A stretch of DNA of 64,000 bases from an uncultured Syntrophomonadaceae bacterium (GTDB lineage Bacteria; Bacillota; Dethiobacteria; DTU022): positions 18,712 through 82,711 of the forward strand of contig CAZBKZ010000006.1 of the NCBI GenBank assembly GCA_964492615.1. The letters are read 5' to 3'. The translations under genes were made by a program, and so were the position numbers. The notes beneath the pieces were generated by a model. It made no database searches, was not told the DNA's origin, and saw only the letters and a program-made list of their open reading frames with translations. Below are positions 39,301-48,793 of this stretch, in pieces (the stretch's first letter is position 1; every line of letters begins with the position of its first letter).

Positions 39301-40870
39301 AATCCCTGAAAAGCGGGTGAGCCCGGGTCGGGCGCGATTTAAACTCGGGATGAAACTGGACCGCCAGAAACCAGGGATGATCTTTCAGTTCAATCATTTC
39401 AACCAGATCATCCTGACGGTTATAACCGCTGAATATCATTCCGGCCTCTTCCAATAATTTGATATAACTGTTATTAAATTCGTACCTGTGGCGATGCCTT
39501 TCTGAAATTTCTTCCTGTTTATAAGCTTTTTCCGCCAGGGTACCCTTTTTTATCGTACAGGGATATGCGCCAAGCCGCAGCGTTCCTCCAATACGGGTAT
39601 TATCTTTTTGCCCGGGCAGGTAATCGATTACCGGGTCAGGTGTATCTGAATCGAATTCAGTGCTATTCGCTTCACTAATACCGGCAACATTACGGGCAAA
39701 CTCAATTACAGCGCACTGCATACCGAGACAGAGGCCGAGAAAAGGTATTTGGTTATCGCGGGCCGTACGTACAGCTTCAATTTTACCTTCAATTCCTCTC
39801 TCGCCAAACCCTCCCGGCACCAGAATTCCATCAACTTCGTTCAGTATATTACCGGCTTTCCCCTGCTCAATATCCTCGGCCTGAACCAGCACAGTATTAA
39901 CTTTTACATTGTGTTCCATTCCGGCATGATCCAGGGCGGCATTAATACTGATGTAGGCATCGGGAAGGGCTATATACTTGCCGACTAGAGCAACAGATAC
40001 TTCTGCCTGCAAACTCTTGGCCTGCTCAACCATATTCCCCCATTGAGACATATCTCCGGGCCCGCACGCGAGGTTAAGCTTATTTACAACCATCTGGTCA
40101 AGATTCTGTTCCCTGAGCAGCTGGGGTACTTCATAAATTATGTCAGTGTCAATATTTTCAACAACCTCTTCCGGCTGAACGTTGCAGAAAAGAGCTATTT
40201 TTCTTTTCAGATCATCACCAAGATGCTGTTCAGTCCGGCAAACTATCAAATCAGGCTGTATACCGATTGAGCGCAATTCCTTTACACTATGCTGTGTCGG
40301 CTTGGTTTTTAGCTCACCAGACATGCGTAAAAAGGGAACCAGCGTCACATGAATGAACAATACATTTTCCCAGCCAATCTCATACCGTAGCTGGCGAATG
40401 GCCTCCAAGAAAGGCAGGCTTTCAATATCGCCCACAGTTCCGCCAATTTCGGTAATAACCAGGTCAAGATCACTTTGCTGCTCGGCCTTGGTAACACATT
40501 TTTTAATTTGATCAGTAATATGGGGAATTACCTGGACTGTATTGCCATTATATAAACCATCCCGCTCACCTTCAATTACTGACCAGTAGATCTTTCCGGC
40601 AGTAACATTATTGTTGCGAGTTAAATGTTCATCAATAAAACGTTCATAGTGCCCCAGATCAAGATCCGTTTCCGCCCCATCTTCAGTGACAAAAACCTCT
40701 CCGTGCTGGTAAGGGCTCATAGTTCCGGGATCGTAATTGATGTAGGGATCAAACTTTTGGATGGTTAGTTTAAGACCTCTGTTTTTCAACAAGCAGCCGA
40801 GAGATGCCGCTGTGATACCTTTACCCAGAGATGACACAACTCCGCCGGTAATAAAAATGTACTTTGCCAT
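39257..40870 (-). CDS. pyrG: CTP synthase
   Basis: [26 protein letters not shown]-terminus and GATase GLCLGMQ. Confidence 0.85.
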   Translation of the reverse strand: MAKYIFITGGVVSSLGKGITAASLGCLLKNRGLKLTIQKFDPYINYDPGTMSPYQHGEVFVTEDGAETDLDLGHYERFIDEHLTRNNNVTAGKIYWSVIEGERDGLYNGNTVQVIPHITDQIKKCVTKAEQQSDLDLVITEIGGTVGDIESLPFLEAIRQLRYEIGWENVLFIHVTLVPFLRMSGELKTKPTQHSVKELRSIGIQPDLIVCRTEQHLGDDLKRKIALFCNVQPEEVVENIDTDIIYEVPQLLREQNLDQMVVNKLNLACGPGDMSQWGNMVEQAKSLQAEVSVALVGKYIALPDAYISINAALDHAGMEHNVKVNTVLVQAEDIEQGKAGNILNEVDGILVPGGFGERGIEGKIEAVRTARDNQIPFLGLCLGMQCAVIEFARNVAGISEANSTEFDSDTPDPVIDYLPGQKDNTRIGGTLRLGAYPCTIKKGTLAEKAYKQEEISERHRHRYEFNNSYIKLLEEAGMIFSGYNRQDDLVEMIELKDHPWFLAVQFHPEFKSRPTRAHPLFRDFIGAAIKRQKSRGC

Positions 40871-40933
40871 AAGCGCCCCCTTGCTGCTAATTGTAAAATT
40901 TACCTGTCAGCAACTGCTGCAGTTGGAACTGCT

Positions 40934-41116
40934 TCACCCACCACAGCCCGAGGAGGCAGTTCCGCCGCCGGTGGAACTCTTTCCGGTTCGGAAAGATGAT
41001 ATAACCCTGGGTGATTCTTTTCCGCAGGCTGGGCACCTGACTTTGTCAACAGAACCGCTGCAAAGCTCTTCAAACTTTTTGTTGCAATCGGAGCAAAAAA
41101 ATTCGTAAAGTGGCAA
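40934..41116 (-). CDS. FmdB-family zinc-ribbon protein (TTG start)
   Basis: (M)PLYEFFCSDCNKKFE...VRCPACG double CxxC. GGAGGAGGTG lies 5 nt upstream of the TTG. Confidence 0.55.
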   Translation of the reverse strand: MPLYEFFCSDCNKKFEELCSGSVDKVRCPACGKESPRVISSFRTGKSSTGGGTASSGCGG

Positions 41117-41160
41117 AACTGCACCTCCTCCCATTTATTGTACAGCCGCCAGGCGGCTAA

Positions 41161-41253
41161 CTAGGTCCGGCCCTTCAACCTCTTTCTTTTCTTGGCCCGT
41201 CTTCTCTTCTTACGCTGTCTTTTAAGCTGCTTACGTGTTTTTTCTTTAGCCAT
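41161..41253 (-). CDS. Candidate 30-aa ultra-basic small protein
   Basis: MAKEKTRKQLKRQRKKRRRAKKRKRLKGRT, with an AAGGAGGG Shine-Dalgarno upstream. Confidence 0.3.
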   Translation of the reverse strand: MAKEKTRKQLKRQRKKRRRAKKRKRLKGRT

Positions 41254-41524
41254 AGTCTGAACCTTACCCTCCTTTACGTAACATCAAAACAAAAAAAACC
41301 TACCTGTTATTATATCATTGCTTACCAAGTGAAAAAAGGGTAATTTTCACTATAGATAACTATGGTAGATAAATATGAAGTTAAAAACAAAATTATTTTA
41401 TTTAAAATGAATGAAAAAAGCAAGAGACATAGAATATAGATTATTAAACGAAAGAAACTGGCCTTCCGGAAAATGAACCGGGCCGCTAAATTACACAATA
41501 TAAATATCCAGGAGGAACTACCCT

Positions 41525-44500
41525 ATGAATTTAAGTCAAAATGCCCTTATTACCTACGAAAAACGTTACCTGATCAAGGATGAAAAAGGCAATCCCGTGG
41601 AAACGCCGGAAGACCTGCTGCGCCGGGTATCCGCCAACATTGCTTCAATAGATAAAAACTACGGCAGTGACGAGCAGGCTGTAAAGGACCGGGAAGATAG
41701 CTTTTATAATATGTTAGCTCAAGCATTTTTCATGCCTAATTCCCCGACTCTGATGAATGCCGGACGTGAACTTCAGCAGTTGAGTGCCTGCTTTGTCCTG
41801 CCACTTGAAGACAGCATGGAAGGAATATTTACTGCTCTGAAGAATATGGCTTTGGTCCAGAAAACCGGTGGTGGTACAGGCTTTGCATTTGATCGTCTCC
41901 GTCCCAGTAATGACCTGGTTAAATCAACAAACGGCGTGGCCAGCGGCCCCCTCTCTTTTTTAAAAATATTTGATGCAGCTACAGAAGCAGTTAAGCAGGG
42001 TGGAACAAGACGGGGAGCAAATATGGGCTCCTTGAGATATAATCACCCCAATATTATCGATTTTATTGTCTGTAAAGAAAATGAAGATGAGATCACCAAC
42101 TTTAACCTTTCTGTCACTGTCTCCGATGAATTCATGCGCAAAGCAATTGGCGAAGATCCCGAATATATGTATAGCCTGATTAACCCACGGACAAATCAGG
42201 AATACTGCGACCCTGAAACGGGAGAACCGATCAGGCTTGATGCCAGGGAGGTTTTCGATCTAATCGTCCAGAAAGCATGGGCTAAAGGCGATCCGGGTAT
42301 CATCTTCATTGACCAGATGAATCGTTACAACCCCACTCCGCAGGTTGGGCATTATGAAACTACCAATCCTTGCGTATCGGGAGACACCTTTGTCACTACT
42401 TCTGAAGGGCCAAGACAGGTAAAAGAGCTGATTGGCAGGAAAGCCAACCTGATCATAAATGGCAAGGAGTATGCAACTACAGAAGAAGGCTTTTTCTCAA
42501 CCGGCATTAAACCGCTTTTTTCAATTGTCACTAAAGAGGGTTATCGTCTAACAGCTACCGCCGACCATCCTGTGCTCAGGGTTAAAAGGAAAACCAGGTA
42601 CAAACTGGAAAGTGAATGGGCTAATACATCCAACCTTAAGCCAGGCGACGAAATCATTTTAAATGATCATCGTGAATTTAAAGGTTGGCCGGGTCTTTAT
42701 GGAGAAAAGGAAGGCTATTTAATGGGCCTGTTAATCGGCGATGGCACCTTAAAGCAAGACAAAGCCCTGCTTTCCGCCTGGCCCGATCAGTCCGAAGATG
42801 GCATTGTATGCGCTGCTGAAGAGGCAGCCTTCAGCTTGCCCCACCGCAGTGATTTTGAAGGCTTTTGGAAGGTATCCGGGCGAAACGAATATAGAATGAG
42901 CCTTGCTGCAATCAAGGAAATTGCTTTGGCTTTAGGCATGACCCCCGGAAACAAAGCCATTACTCCTTACCTGGAAACACATACTTCGTCAAATTTTTAC
43001 AAGGGCATGCTTAAAGGTTTCTTTGATGCAGACGGATCACTGCAGGGCAACCAGCATAAAGGCATCTCAATTCGCCTGGCTCAGAGTAACCTGGAAAGAC
43101 TTGAAGCTGTGCAAAGAATGCTGGCCCGTTTCGGGATCGTCTCCAGAATATACAAGAACAGGCGTAATAAACAGCTAACCAAATTGCCTGACAATAACCA
43201 GGGCAGCGCCTTTTATGAAACTAAGCCGCAGCATGAGCTTATAATAACCAGGGATAATTTGGCAGTTTATGCCGAAAAGATCGGTTTCAGCGACAGATCG
43301 AAAGCTGATAAATTGAAAAACGCCCTTGCTACATACTGCCGCAGTCTTAACCGGGAACGCTTTTTAGCCACCATTGATTCGGTAAATTCTGCAGGACAGG
43401 AGACTGTATATGATGTTCAGGTTCCCGGTATTAATGCCTTCGATGCTAACGGATTAGTGGTGCATAACTGCGGAGAACAGCCCCTTTTACCTTACGAAGC
43501 CTGCTGCCTGGGATCTATTAACCTGGGCAAAATGGTTACTGCCGACGGTAAAATCGACTGGGACAACATGAAAAAAACCATCAGGACAGCTGTCCGTTTC
43601 CTGGATAATGTGATAGACGCCAGTAATTACGTAATTCCTGAAATAGCCAAGATGCACAGGGAAGGCAACCGCAAAATCGGTCTTGGCATTATGGGCTGGC
43701 ACGACATGCTGGTCAGGCTGGGTATTCGCTATGACAGCGAAAAAGCAATTAAAACAGCTGAAGAAGTTATGAAATTTATTAATCAAGAAGCAAAGGAAGA
43801 ATCCGTTCTTCTTGCCGGAGAAAGAGGCACTTTCCCCAATTTTGAGAAAAGCATTTACGACAACGGCAAAAAAGAAGACCGGGTTCGTAATGCCACCCGC
43901 ACCACCATAGCTCCTACCGGAACAATATCAATCCTGGCCGGGGCCAGCAGCGGTATCGAACCATATTTCAGCATCGCCTTTACCAGAAAAAATATTCTAG
44001 GCGGTCTGGAACTACCCGAAGTTAATCCTGTATTTCTTGAAATTGCCCGTGAAGAAGGTTTTTACAGCGAAGAGCTGATTCTTGAAATCGCCCGTAGTGG
44101 TAAAATACCGGCTAATGCGGAAATCCCACAAAAATATAAGGATTTATTTAAAACAGCAATGGAAATTGATTTCAAATGGCACGTTCGACACCAGGCTGCC
44201 TTCCAGAAATATACCGATAATGCCGTCAGCAAAACAATAAACCTTGAACAGGATGCAACTGCCGATGACGTTAAGAATGCCTATATCCTGGCCTGGCAAT
44301 CCGGGTGTAAAGGCATTACCATATACCGTGACAGCTCACGCACCAAACAGGTTTTAAATGTGGGTGATGGAGAAAAAGACGATACAATTAAACCAACCAA
44401 ACGGCCTAAAACTCTAAGTGGCCATACCACAAGTATCCGCACAGCCCTGGGCAACCTCTTTGTTACTGTAAATACATCGGATGGAAAACCGTTTGAAATC

Positions 44501-44842
44501 TTTGCCCAGATTGGTAAAGCCGGGAGCGATGTTGTTGCCTTTACTGAAGCTATTGCGCGTTTAATTTCTCTCGCCCTGCGCTGCGGAGTAAGCGTAGATG
44601 AAATAGTCACCCAGCTAGAGGGCATCGGTGGTGCGCGCTCAGTGGGGTTTGGGCCAAACAGGATTATGAGTGTACCCGATGCTATCGGGCAGACTCTCCG
44701 CAAGCTGGCCGCTGCCGATACCGATGCAGAACAGGTCAATGGCAATCACCAGTTGGAAATTTGCCCCGATTGCGGCACCTGCGCCCTGATCAGGGCTGAG
44801 GGATGTTTAAAATGTGAAGCCTGTGGGTTTAGCGAATGCTAA
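41525..44842 (+). CDS. nrdJ: Class II (adenosylcobalamin-dependent) ribonucleotide reductase NrdJ, intein-containing
   Basis: Class II RNR motifs, including active-site NPCGE split by the intein, and a C-terminal Cys-rich zinc finger. Confidence 0.85.
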   Translation: MNLSQNALITYEKRYLIKDEKGNPVETPEDLLRRVSANIASIDKNYGSDEQAVKDREDSFYNMLAQAFFMPNSPTLMNAGRELQQLSACFVLPLEDSMEGIFTALKNMALVQKTGGGTGFAFDRLRPSNDLVKSTNGVASGPLSFLKIFDAATEAVKQGGTRRGANMGSLRYNHPNIIDFIVCKENEDEITNFNLSVTVSDEFMRKAIGEDPEYMYSLINPRTNQEYCDPETGEPIRLDAREVFDLIVQKAWAKGDPGIIFIDQMNRYNPTPQVGHYETTNPCVSGDTFVTTSEGPRQVKELIGRKANLIINGKEYATTEEGFFSTGIKPLFSIVTKEGYRLTATADHPVLRVKRKTRYKLESEWANTSNLKPGDEIILNDHREFKGWPGLYGEKEGYLMGLLIGDGTLKQDKALLSAWPDQSEDGIVCAAEEAAFSLPHRSDFEGFWKVSGRNEYRMSLAAIKEIALALGMTPGNKAITPYLETHTSSNFYKGMLKGFFDADGSLQGNQHKGISIRLAQSNLERLEAVQRMLARFGIVSRIYKNRRNKQLTKLPDNNQGSAFYETKPQHELIITRDNLAVYAEKIGFSDRSKADKLKNALATYCRSLNRERFLATIDSVNSAGQETVYDVQVPGINAFDANGLVVHNCGEQPLLPYEACCLGSINLGKMVTADGKIDWDNMKKTIRTAVRFLDNVIDASNYVIPEIAKMHREGNRKIGLGIMGWHDMLVRLGIRYDSEKAIKTAEEVMKFINQEAKEESVLLAGERGTFPNFEKSIYDNGKKEDRVRNATRTTIAPTGTISILAGASSGIEPYFSIAFTRKNILGGLELPEVNPVFLEIAREEGFYSEELILEIARSGKIPANAEIPQKYKDLFKTAMEIDFKWHVRHQAAFQKYTDNAVSKTINLEQDATADDVKNAYILAWQSGCKGITIYRDSSRTKQVLNVGDGEKDDTIKPTKRPKTLSGHTTSIRTALGNLFVTVNTSDGKPFEIFAQIGKAGSDVVAFTEAIARLISLALRCGVSVDEIVTQLEGIGGARSVGFGPNRIMSVPDAIGQTLRKLAAADTDAEQVNGNHQLEICPDCGTCALIRAEGCLKCEACGFSEC
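42371..43468 (+). mobile_element. Intein (366 aa) with a LAGLIDADG homing endonuclease, inserted at the NrdJ active-site Cys
   Basis: The N-extein ends ...TTNP and the intein begins CVSGDTFV (block A). Dodecapeptide motifs LMGLLIGDGTL and LKGFFDADGSL are present, and the intein ends VVHN followed by extein CGEQ. Confidence 0.75.
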
Positions 44843-44922
44843 AGTATGCCGATAATAAATATTAACAGTACTTTATATACGTTGCCTTGATAGCAATAGA
44901 CCCGGAAAGGCAGGGGAATGTC

Positions 44923-45369
44923 ATGCTTGTTAAAGATTGTATGACTACAAAGGTAGTATCGGTTAAACCCGATATGAAAATTTCAAATGCTGCAAAAATG
45001 ATGATCGATTATCGTATCAGCGGTTTACCGGTCACGGATGACAATAACCGGGTCATATCAATGATCACTAAATCAGATATTGTTCAATTAACCCTTCCTT
45101 CAGCTCTTAAACGCACAGGAAGCGATAATCCAACATTAATACCGGATGTAAATAAATACCTTGCCCGTCTGAATGAAGTGGCTCTAAAAGAAGTTAGCCT
45201 TTTAATGACCAAGAAACATCTTCATACAGCCAGATCTGACATGACTGTTTCAGAAGCAGCAGTCTTGATGTATGCTAATGATATCAGGAGATTGCCTGTA
45301 GTCGACGATAACGGAGAATTAATTGGTATTATATCTTATTCAGATATTGCTGCCATCATTGCCGAATAA
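44923..45369 (+). CDS. CBS-domain pair protein
   Basis: Two CBS motifs; the ATG at 44923 is preceded by AGGGGAA. Confidence 0.65.
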   Translation: MLVKDCMTTKVVSVKPDMKISNAAKMMIDYRISGLPVTDDNNRVISMITKSDIVQLTLPSALKRTGSDNPTLIPDVNKYLARLNEVALKEVSLLMTKKHLHTARSDMTVSEAAVLMYANDIRRLPVVDDNGELIGIISYSDIAAIIAE

Positions 45370-45443
45370 AGCTAACTGATGTTTGCGCTCAGTTTTAGAA
45401 ACCGGGCAACACAATTGAATCGCACCAGGAGGAGGCTAAAAAA

Positions 45444-45629
45444 ATGCTAATACTAAACCTCTATATCCCCACGGGAATTATAGTGGCCATTGTTGCCATA
45501 TTCCTTTTTAGCTGTGGTTTTATTGCCGGATATTGCTTTGGCAGCCTTGCAGCTTCTGATAATAGAAAAACATCTTCAAGCAAACATAAAGATAGACCCA
45601 GGGGAAAAGTTAGCACAGCTGACGAATAG
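45444..45629 (+). CDS. Hypothetical small membrane protein
   Basis: 61-aa ORF, one TM helix, basic tail. Confidence 0.3.
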   Translation: MLILNLYIPTGIIVAIVAIFLFSCGFIAGYCFGSLAASDNRKTSSSKHKDRPRGKVSTADE

Positions 45630-46008
45630 AACGGTTTGCCTCAGCGCCCTTCTGTCTTCTTTCAACATCAAAGTCAGGGTAGATTACTACCCTGACTTTG
45701 ATGTTATCGGCAATAATAATGCTTTTACTGTAGGGTTTGGTTTATATCGAGTTTGACAGTATCAATCGAAAAATCAAGTTTGATTTAACAAGCTAAAACC
45801 GTTGTTCCAAGACCTAAATTAATTTGAAAAATAGTGAAAGTTGAGATGTGAAAATAATTATTCTGAACCGGCCTTTATACAGGTTATTTTTTGGGTTAAA
45901 TAAATTGCAAAAGTTTCTCAACAAAATCTAAAAAAAAGGAAATTTACAATTAGACGCAGAATTAAGAAAAATCAGGAATGAATATCTATCAGTCGAAGAG
46001 GTGATAAA

Positions 46009-46995
46009 ATGGTTTATAGTAAAAAGATGATAACAGAATTGAAGATAATTATCTTTTGGTTAGTTGTTATTATCACAACTATAGGAATCATTGCCGGTTG
46101 CGGCGAGTCGGAAACTGTTGCCATAACTCAAACTTATCAGGAAAATGAACGGGGCAATAGCGTAGGAAATATCAATAACAAGGGAGTTGCTGCTCGTCAA
46201 GGCGATTGGATCTATTACCAAAACGATGATGATGTTTTTAATATTTATAAGATCAAAGCAGATGGCAGCGGCCATGAAAAAATAAACGATGATTACTCTC
46301 TCTATATTAATGTGGCAGGTGACTGGATTTATTATAAAAACTTACTTGACGGTGGTAGTATTTATAAGATTAAAACGGACGGCAGCGGCCGTGAAAAAAT
46401 AAATGACGAAGATTCTGACTATATCAATGTAGTCGGTGACTGGATCTATTACAGTAACTTCGATGACGGTAATAAGATATACAAGGTCCATACTGATGGC
46501 AGCGGCCGTGAAAAAATAAATGATGACGTCAACATCGATTATCTTAATGTAGTAGATGGCTGGATCTATTACGTAATTCGTAATGACGGTATAAATATTT
46601 ATAAGATTAAAACAGATGGCAGTAGCCGTGAAAAAATAAATGACGAAGATTCTTTACATATTAATGTAGTCGGCGACTGGATTTATTTCGTAAGTATTGA
46701 TTACAAATGGAATATTTATAGAATCAAGACAGATGGCAGCAGCCTTGAAAAAATAAATGATGATAAATCCATTGATATAAACATAGTCGATGACTGGATC
46801 TATTACCGCAACTATAGTGATGCTGATAAATTGTACAAGATCAAGACTGACGGCAGCGGGCGAGAGAAAATAAATGATGACGAATCCGTGGATAACAATG
46901 TAGTAGGTGATTGGATCTATTACAGCAACGGTAATGAAGACTTTAAGTTTTATCGTATAAAAACTGATGGTAGCGGGCGCGAAATAGTGCAATAA
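46009..46995 (+). CDS. Lipoprotein made of seven DUF5050-like beta-propeller-type repeats
   Basis: Lipobox IIAGC, then seven ~39-aa repeats GDWIYY.N..DG..IYKIKTDGSGREKINDD. Paralogous to the ectodomain of kinase 27937..30045. Confidence 0.65.
   Translation: MVYSKKMITELKIIIFWLVVIITTIGIIAGCGESETVAITQTYQENERGNSVGNINNKGVAARQGDWIYYQNDDDVFNIYKIKADGSGHEKINDDYSLYINVAGDWIYYKNLLDGGSIYKIKTDGSGREKINDEDSDYINVVGDWIYYSNFDDGNKIYKVHTDGSGREKINDDVNIDYLNVVDGWIYYVIRNDGINIYKIKTDGSSREKINDEDSLHINVVGDWIYFVSIDYKWNIYRIKTDGSSLEKINDDKSIDINIVDDWIYYRNYSDADKLYKIKTDGSGREKINDDESVDNNVVGDWIYYSNGNEDFKFYRIKTDGSGREIVQ
46200..46990 (+). repeat. In-frame tandem DNA repeats of ~117-120 bp (x7) within the lipoprotein gene
   Basis: The nucleotide unit ...gatggcagcggccgtgaaaaaataaatgacga... 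recurs nearly identically. Confidence 0.6.
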
Positions 46996-47065
46996 TATTT
47001 TTTATAAAGCAGTAAGGTCGGTTACACTATTTGTATTTAGTGCCTTCAAGGGAGGTTCATTAAAA

Positions 47066-47380
47066 GTGCATTTTAAAGATCTGCAAATAGAGGATTTCGC
47101 AGGATTAGACCCTGACCCCCATCTATTTGAAGAGTGGAAAGAAGCAAAAGATTTAGAAAGACGCTATGCAATATTATTCTTCGGCTTAATAATTATTTTT
47201 ATCGCAGCCCTATACTTAATTACCGGTAATTTATTCATTCCTGGGTTCTTATTTTTTTTAGTAGTTCCCTTTTTAATCAGCAGGAAAGCAAATCGGCTTT
47301 CAAAAGAACTGGGAATTGATGCCCGAATGTACGCTGATGCTTGGAAGAAAAGAGCAAGCATCATGAAATCTGGGCGATAA
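47066..47380 (+). CDS. Hypothetical small membrane protein
   Basis: 104-aa ORF with two TM helices. Confidence 0.35.
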   Translation: MHFKDLQIEDFAGLDPDPHLFEEWKEAKDLERRYAILFFGLIIIFIAALYLITGNLFIPGFLFFLVVPFLISRKANRLSKELGIDARMYADAWKKRASIMKSGR

Positions 47381-47484
47381 TAGTTCTGAAGGCAAACCTT
47401 TTATATAATGGCTCTCAGTAATTTTATCAAGATCATTTGTCTATGAAAAGCCACCCTGCAACAAATTCTACAGTCTTCGTAATA

Positions 47485-47536
47485 AACGAAAAAGAGATTG
47501 TTTCATCTGATACTAAATCACGATGACACAATCTCT
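47485..47536 (-). terminator. Terminator of the tRNA operon
   Basis: On the minus strand, AGAGATTGT...(inner stem)...ACAATCTCT is followed by TTTTTCGTTT. Confidence 0.5.
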
Positions 47537-47547
47537 AGAACTGGTAG

Positions 47548-47637
47548 TGGTGCCGGAGACCGGAATCGAACCGGTACGACCATGGTATGGCCGAGGGATT
47601 TTAAGTCCCTTGCGTCTGCCTGTTCCGCCACTCCGGC
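47548..47637 (-). tRNA. tRNA-Leu (anticodon TAA), long variable arm
   Basis: GCCGGAGTGGCGGAACAGGCAGACGCAAGGGACTTAAAATCCCT...GGTTCGATTCCGGTCTCCGGCACCA. Confidence 0.85.
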
Positions 47638-47643
47638 GAAATT

Positions 47644-47717
47644 TGGAGGCGACACCCGGATTCGAACCGGGGATGAAGGATTTGCAGTCCTCTGCCTTAC
47701 CACTTGGCTATGTCGCC
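47644..47717 (-). tRNA. tRNA-Cys (anticodon GCA)
   Basis: GGCGACATAGCCAAGTGGTAAGGCAGAGGACTGCAAATCCTT...GGTTCGAATCCGGGTGTCGCCTCCA. Confidence 0.85.
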
Positions 47718-47725
47718 AAAAAAAA

Positions 47726-47800
47726 TGGAGCGGAAGACGAGATTCGAACTCGCGACCCTCGCCTTGGCAAGGCGATGCTCTACCACTGAGCTACTCCCGC
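47726..47800 (-). tRNA. tRNA-Gly (anticodon GCC)
   Basis: GCGGGAGTAGCTCAGTGGTAGAGCATCGCCTTGCCAAGGCGAGG...GTTCGAATCTCGTCTTCCGCTCCA. Confidence 0.85.
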
Positions 47801-47805
47801 ATACC

Positions 47806-47881
<76 letters not shown>

Positions 47882-47885
47882 ATTA

Positions 47886-47962
47886 TGGCGGAGCTGACGG
47901 GACTCGAACCCGCGGTCTTCGGCTTGACAGGCCGATATGTTAACCATCTACACCACAGCTCC
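47886..47962 (-). tRNA. tRNA-Asp (anticodon GTC)
   Basis: GGAGCTGTGGTGTAGATGGTTAACATATCGGCCTGTCAAGCCGA...GGTTCGAGTCCCGTCAGCTCCGCCA. Confidence 0.85.
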
Positions 47963-47975
47963 ATGTGCATAGATA

Positions 47976-48004
47976 AGTATACAAAAGGCTTACCAAAAAG
48001 TCAA
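47976..48004 (-). promoter_or_regulatory. Sigma-A promoter of the tRNA operon
   Basis: On the minus strand, TTGACT, 17 nt, TATACT, then 13 nt to the tRNA-Asp 5' end. Confidence 0.55.
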
Positions 48005-48029
48005 CACAATTGGGGCTAAGTGATAAAAT

Positions 48030-48725
48030 TTATTCGATCTGCAAGCTCTTTGCAGTTTTTTCATCTTTCACTTCCTGCTGAAGCTTTTTCAGACGTTCTT
48101 CTTCCGCCGAACTGTAATAAATAAGGCTCTGCAGTTCTATAGTCAAATCAGCATTGTGAACATGGACTTCCTTTGGCACTTTTAGTTTAACCGGGGCAAA
48201 ATTTAAGACCGCCCTGATCCCGTGTTCCGCCAGCAAGTCCACTATATCCTGGGCTGCCTCGGCAGGAACTGTAATAATTGCTACTTTAATATCATTTTCT
48301 TTTATATATTCCGGCGCCGATTCAACAGGGTAAATATTGATCATGTCAATTTTCTTGCCAATCAGGCGGGGGTCGTGATCAAAAACAGCGACTACATCAA
48401 CATAGGGATTTTTCACAGAGTTATACCTGGTCAGGGCAGTACCCAGATTACCGGCCCCGATAACAATGGTCTTAATCTTCTTGTCAAGACCGATGATTTT
48501 AACTATCTTTTCCCGAAGATAGGCAGTATTATAACCGGCCCCACGAGTGCCAAAAGCCCCGAAATATGCTAAATCCTTACGAATCTGCTCGGCTGTAAAA
48601 CCCGACTGGCTGCTTAAATCCTTAGAAGATATCATGTCTATTTTTCGTTCAATCAAACGGTCAAGAATGCGAAGATAAATCGGTAGCCTCTTTATAACTG
48701 ATTTTGAAATAGTTCGATCAGGCAT
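48030..48725 (-). CDS. rex: Redox-sensing transcriptional repressor Rex
   Basis: Winged-helix N-terminus KRLPIYLRIL and Rossmann motif IGAGNLG. Confidence 0.8.
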   Translation of the reverse strand: MPDRTISKSVIKRLPIYLRILDRLIERKIDMISSKDLSSQSGFTAEQIRKDLAYFGAFGTRGAGYNTAYLREKIVKIIGLDKKIKTIVIGAGNLGTALTRYNSVKNPYVDVVAVFDHDPRLIGKKIDMINIYPVESAPEYIKENDIKVAIITVPAEAAQDIVDLLAEHGIRAVLNFAPVKLKVPKEVHVHNADLTIELQSLIYYSSAEEERLKKLQQEVKDEKTAKSLQIE

Positions 48726-48793
48726 TATTTTTCCTCCAACATCTTTTAAAATACCATAAGCCAGCAGGCACGTTATACCCTGGTTTCAGCTTT

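Noticed and set aside
41340-41400. NrdR boxes upstream of nrdJ
   Set aside because: CACTATAGATAACTATGGTAG and ACACAATATAAATAT show only half-site resemblance to the acaCwAtATaTwGtgt palindrome. I could not find a convincing tandem pair without a scoring matrix.
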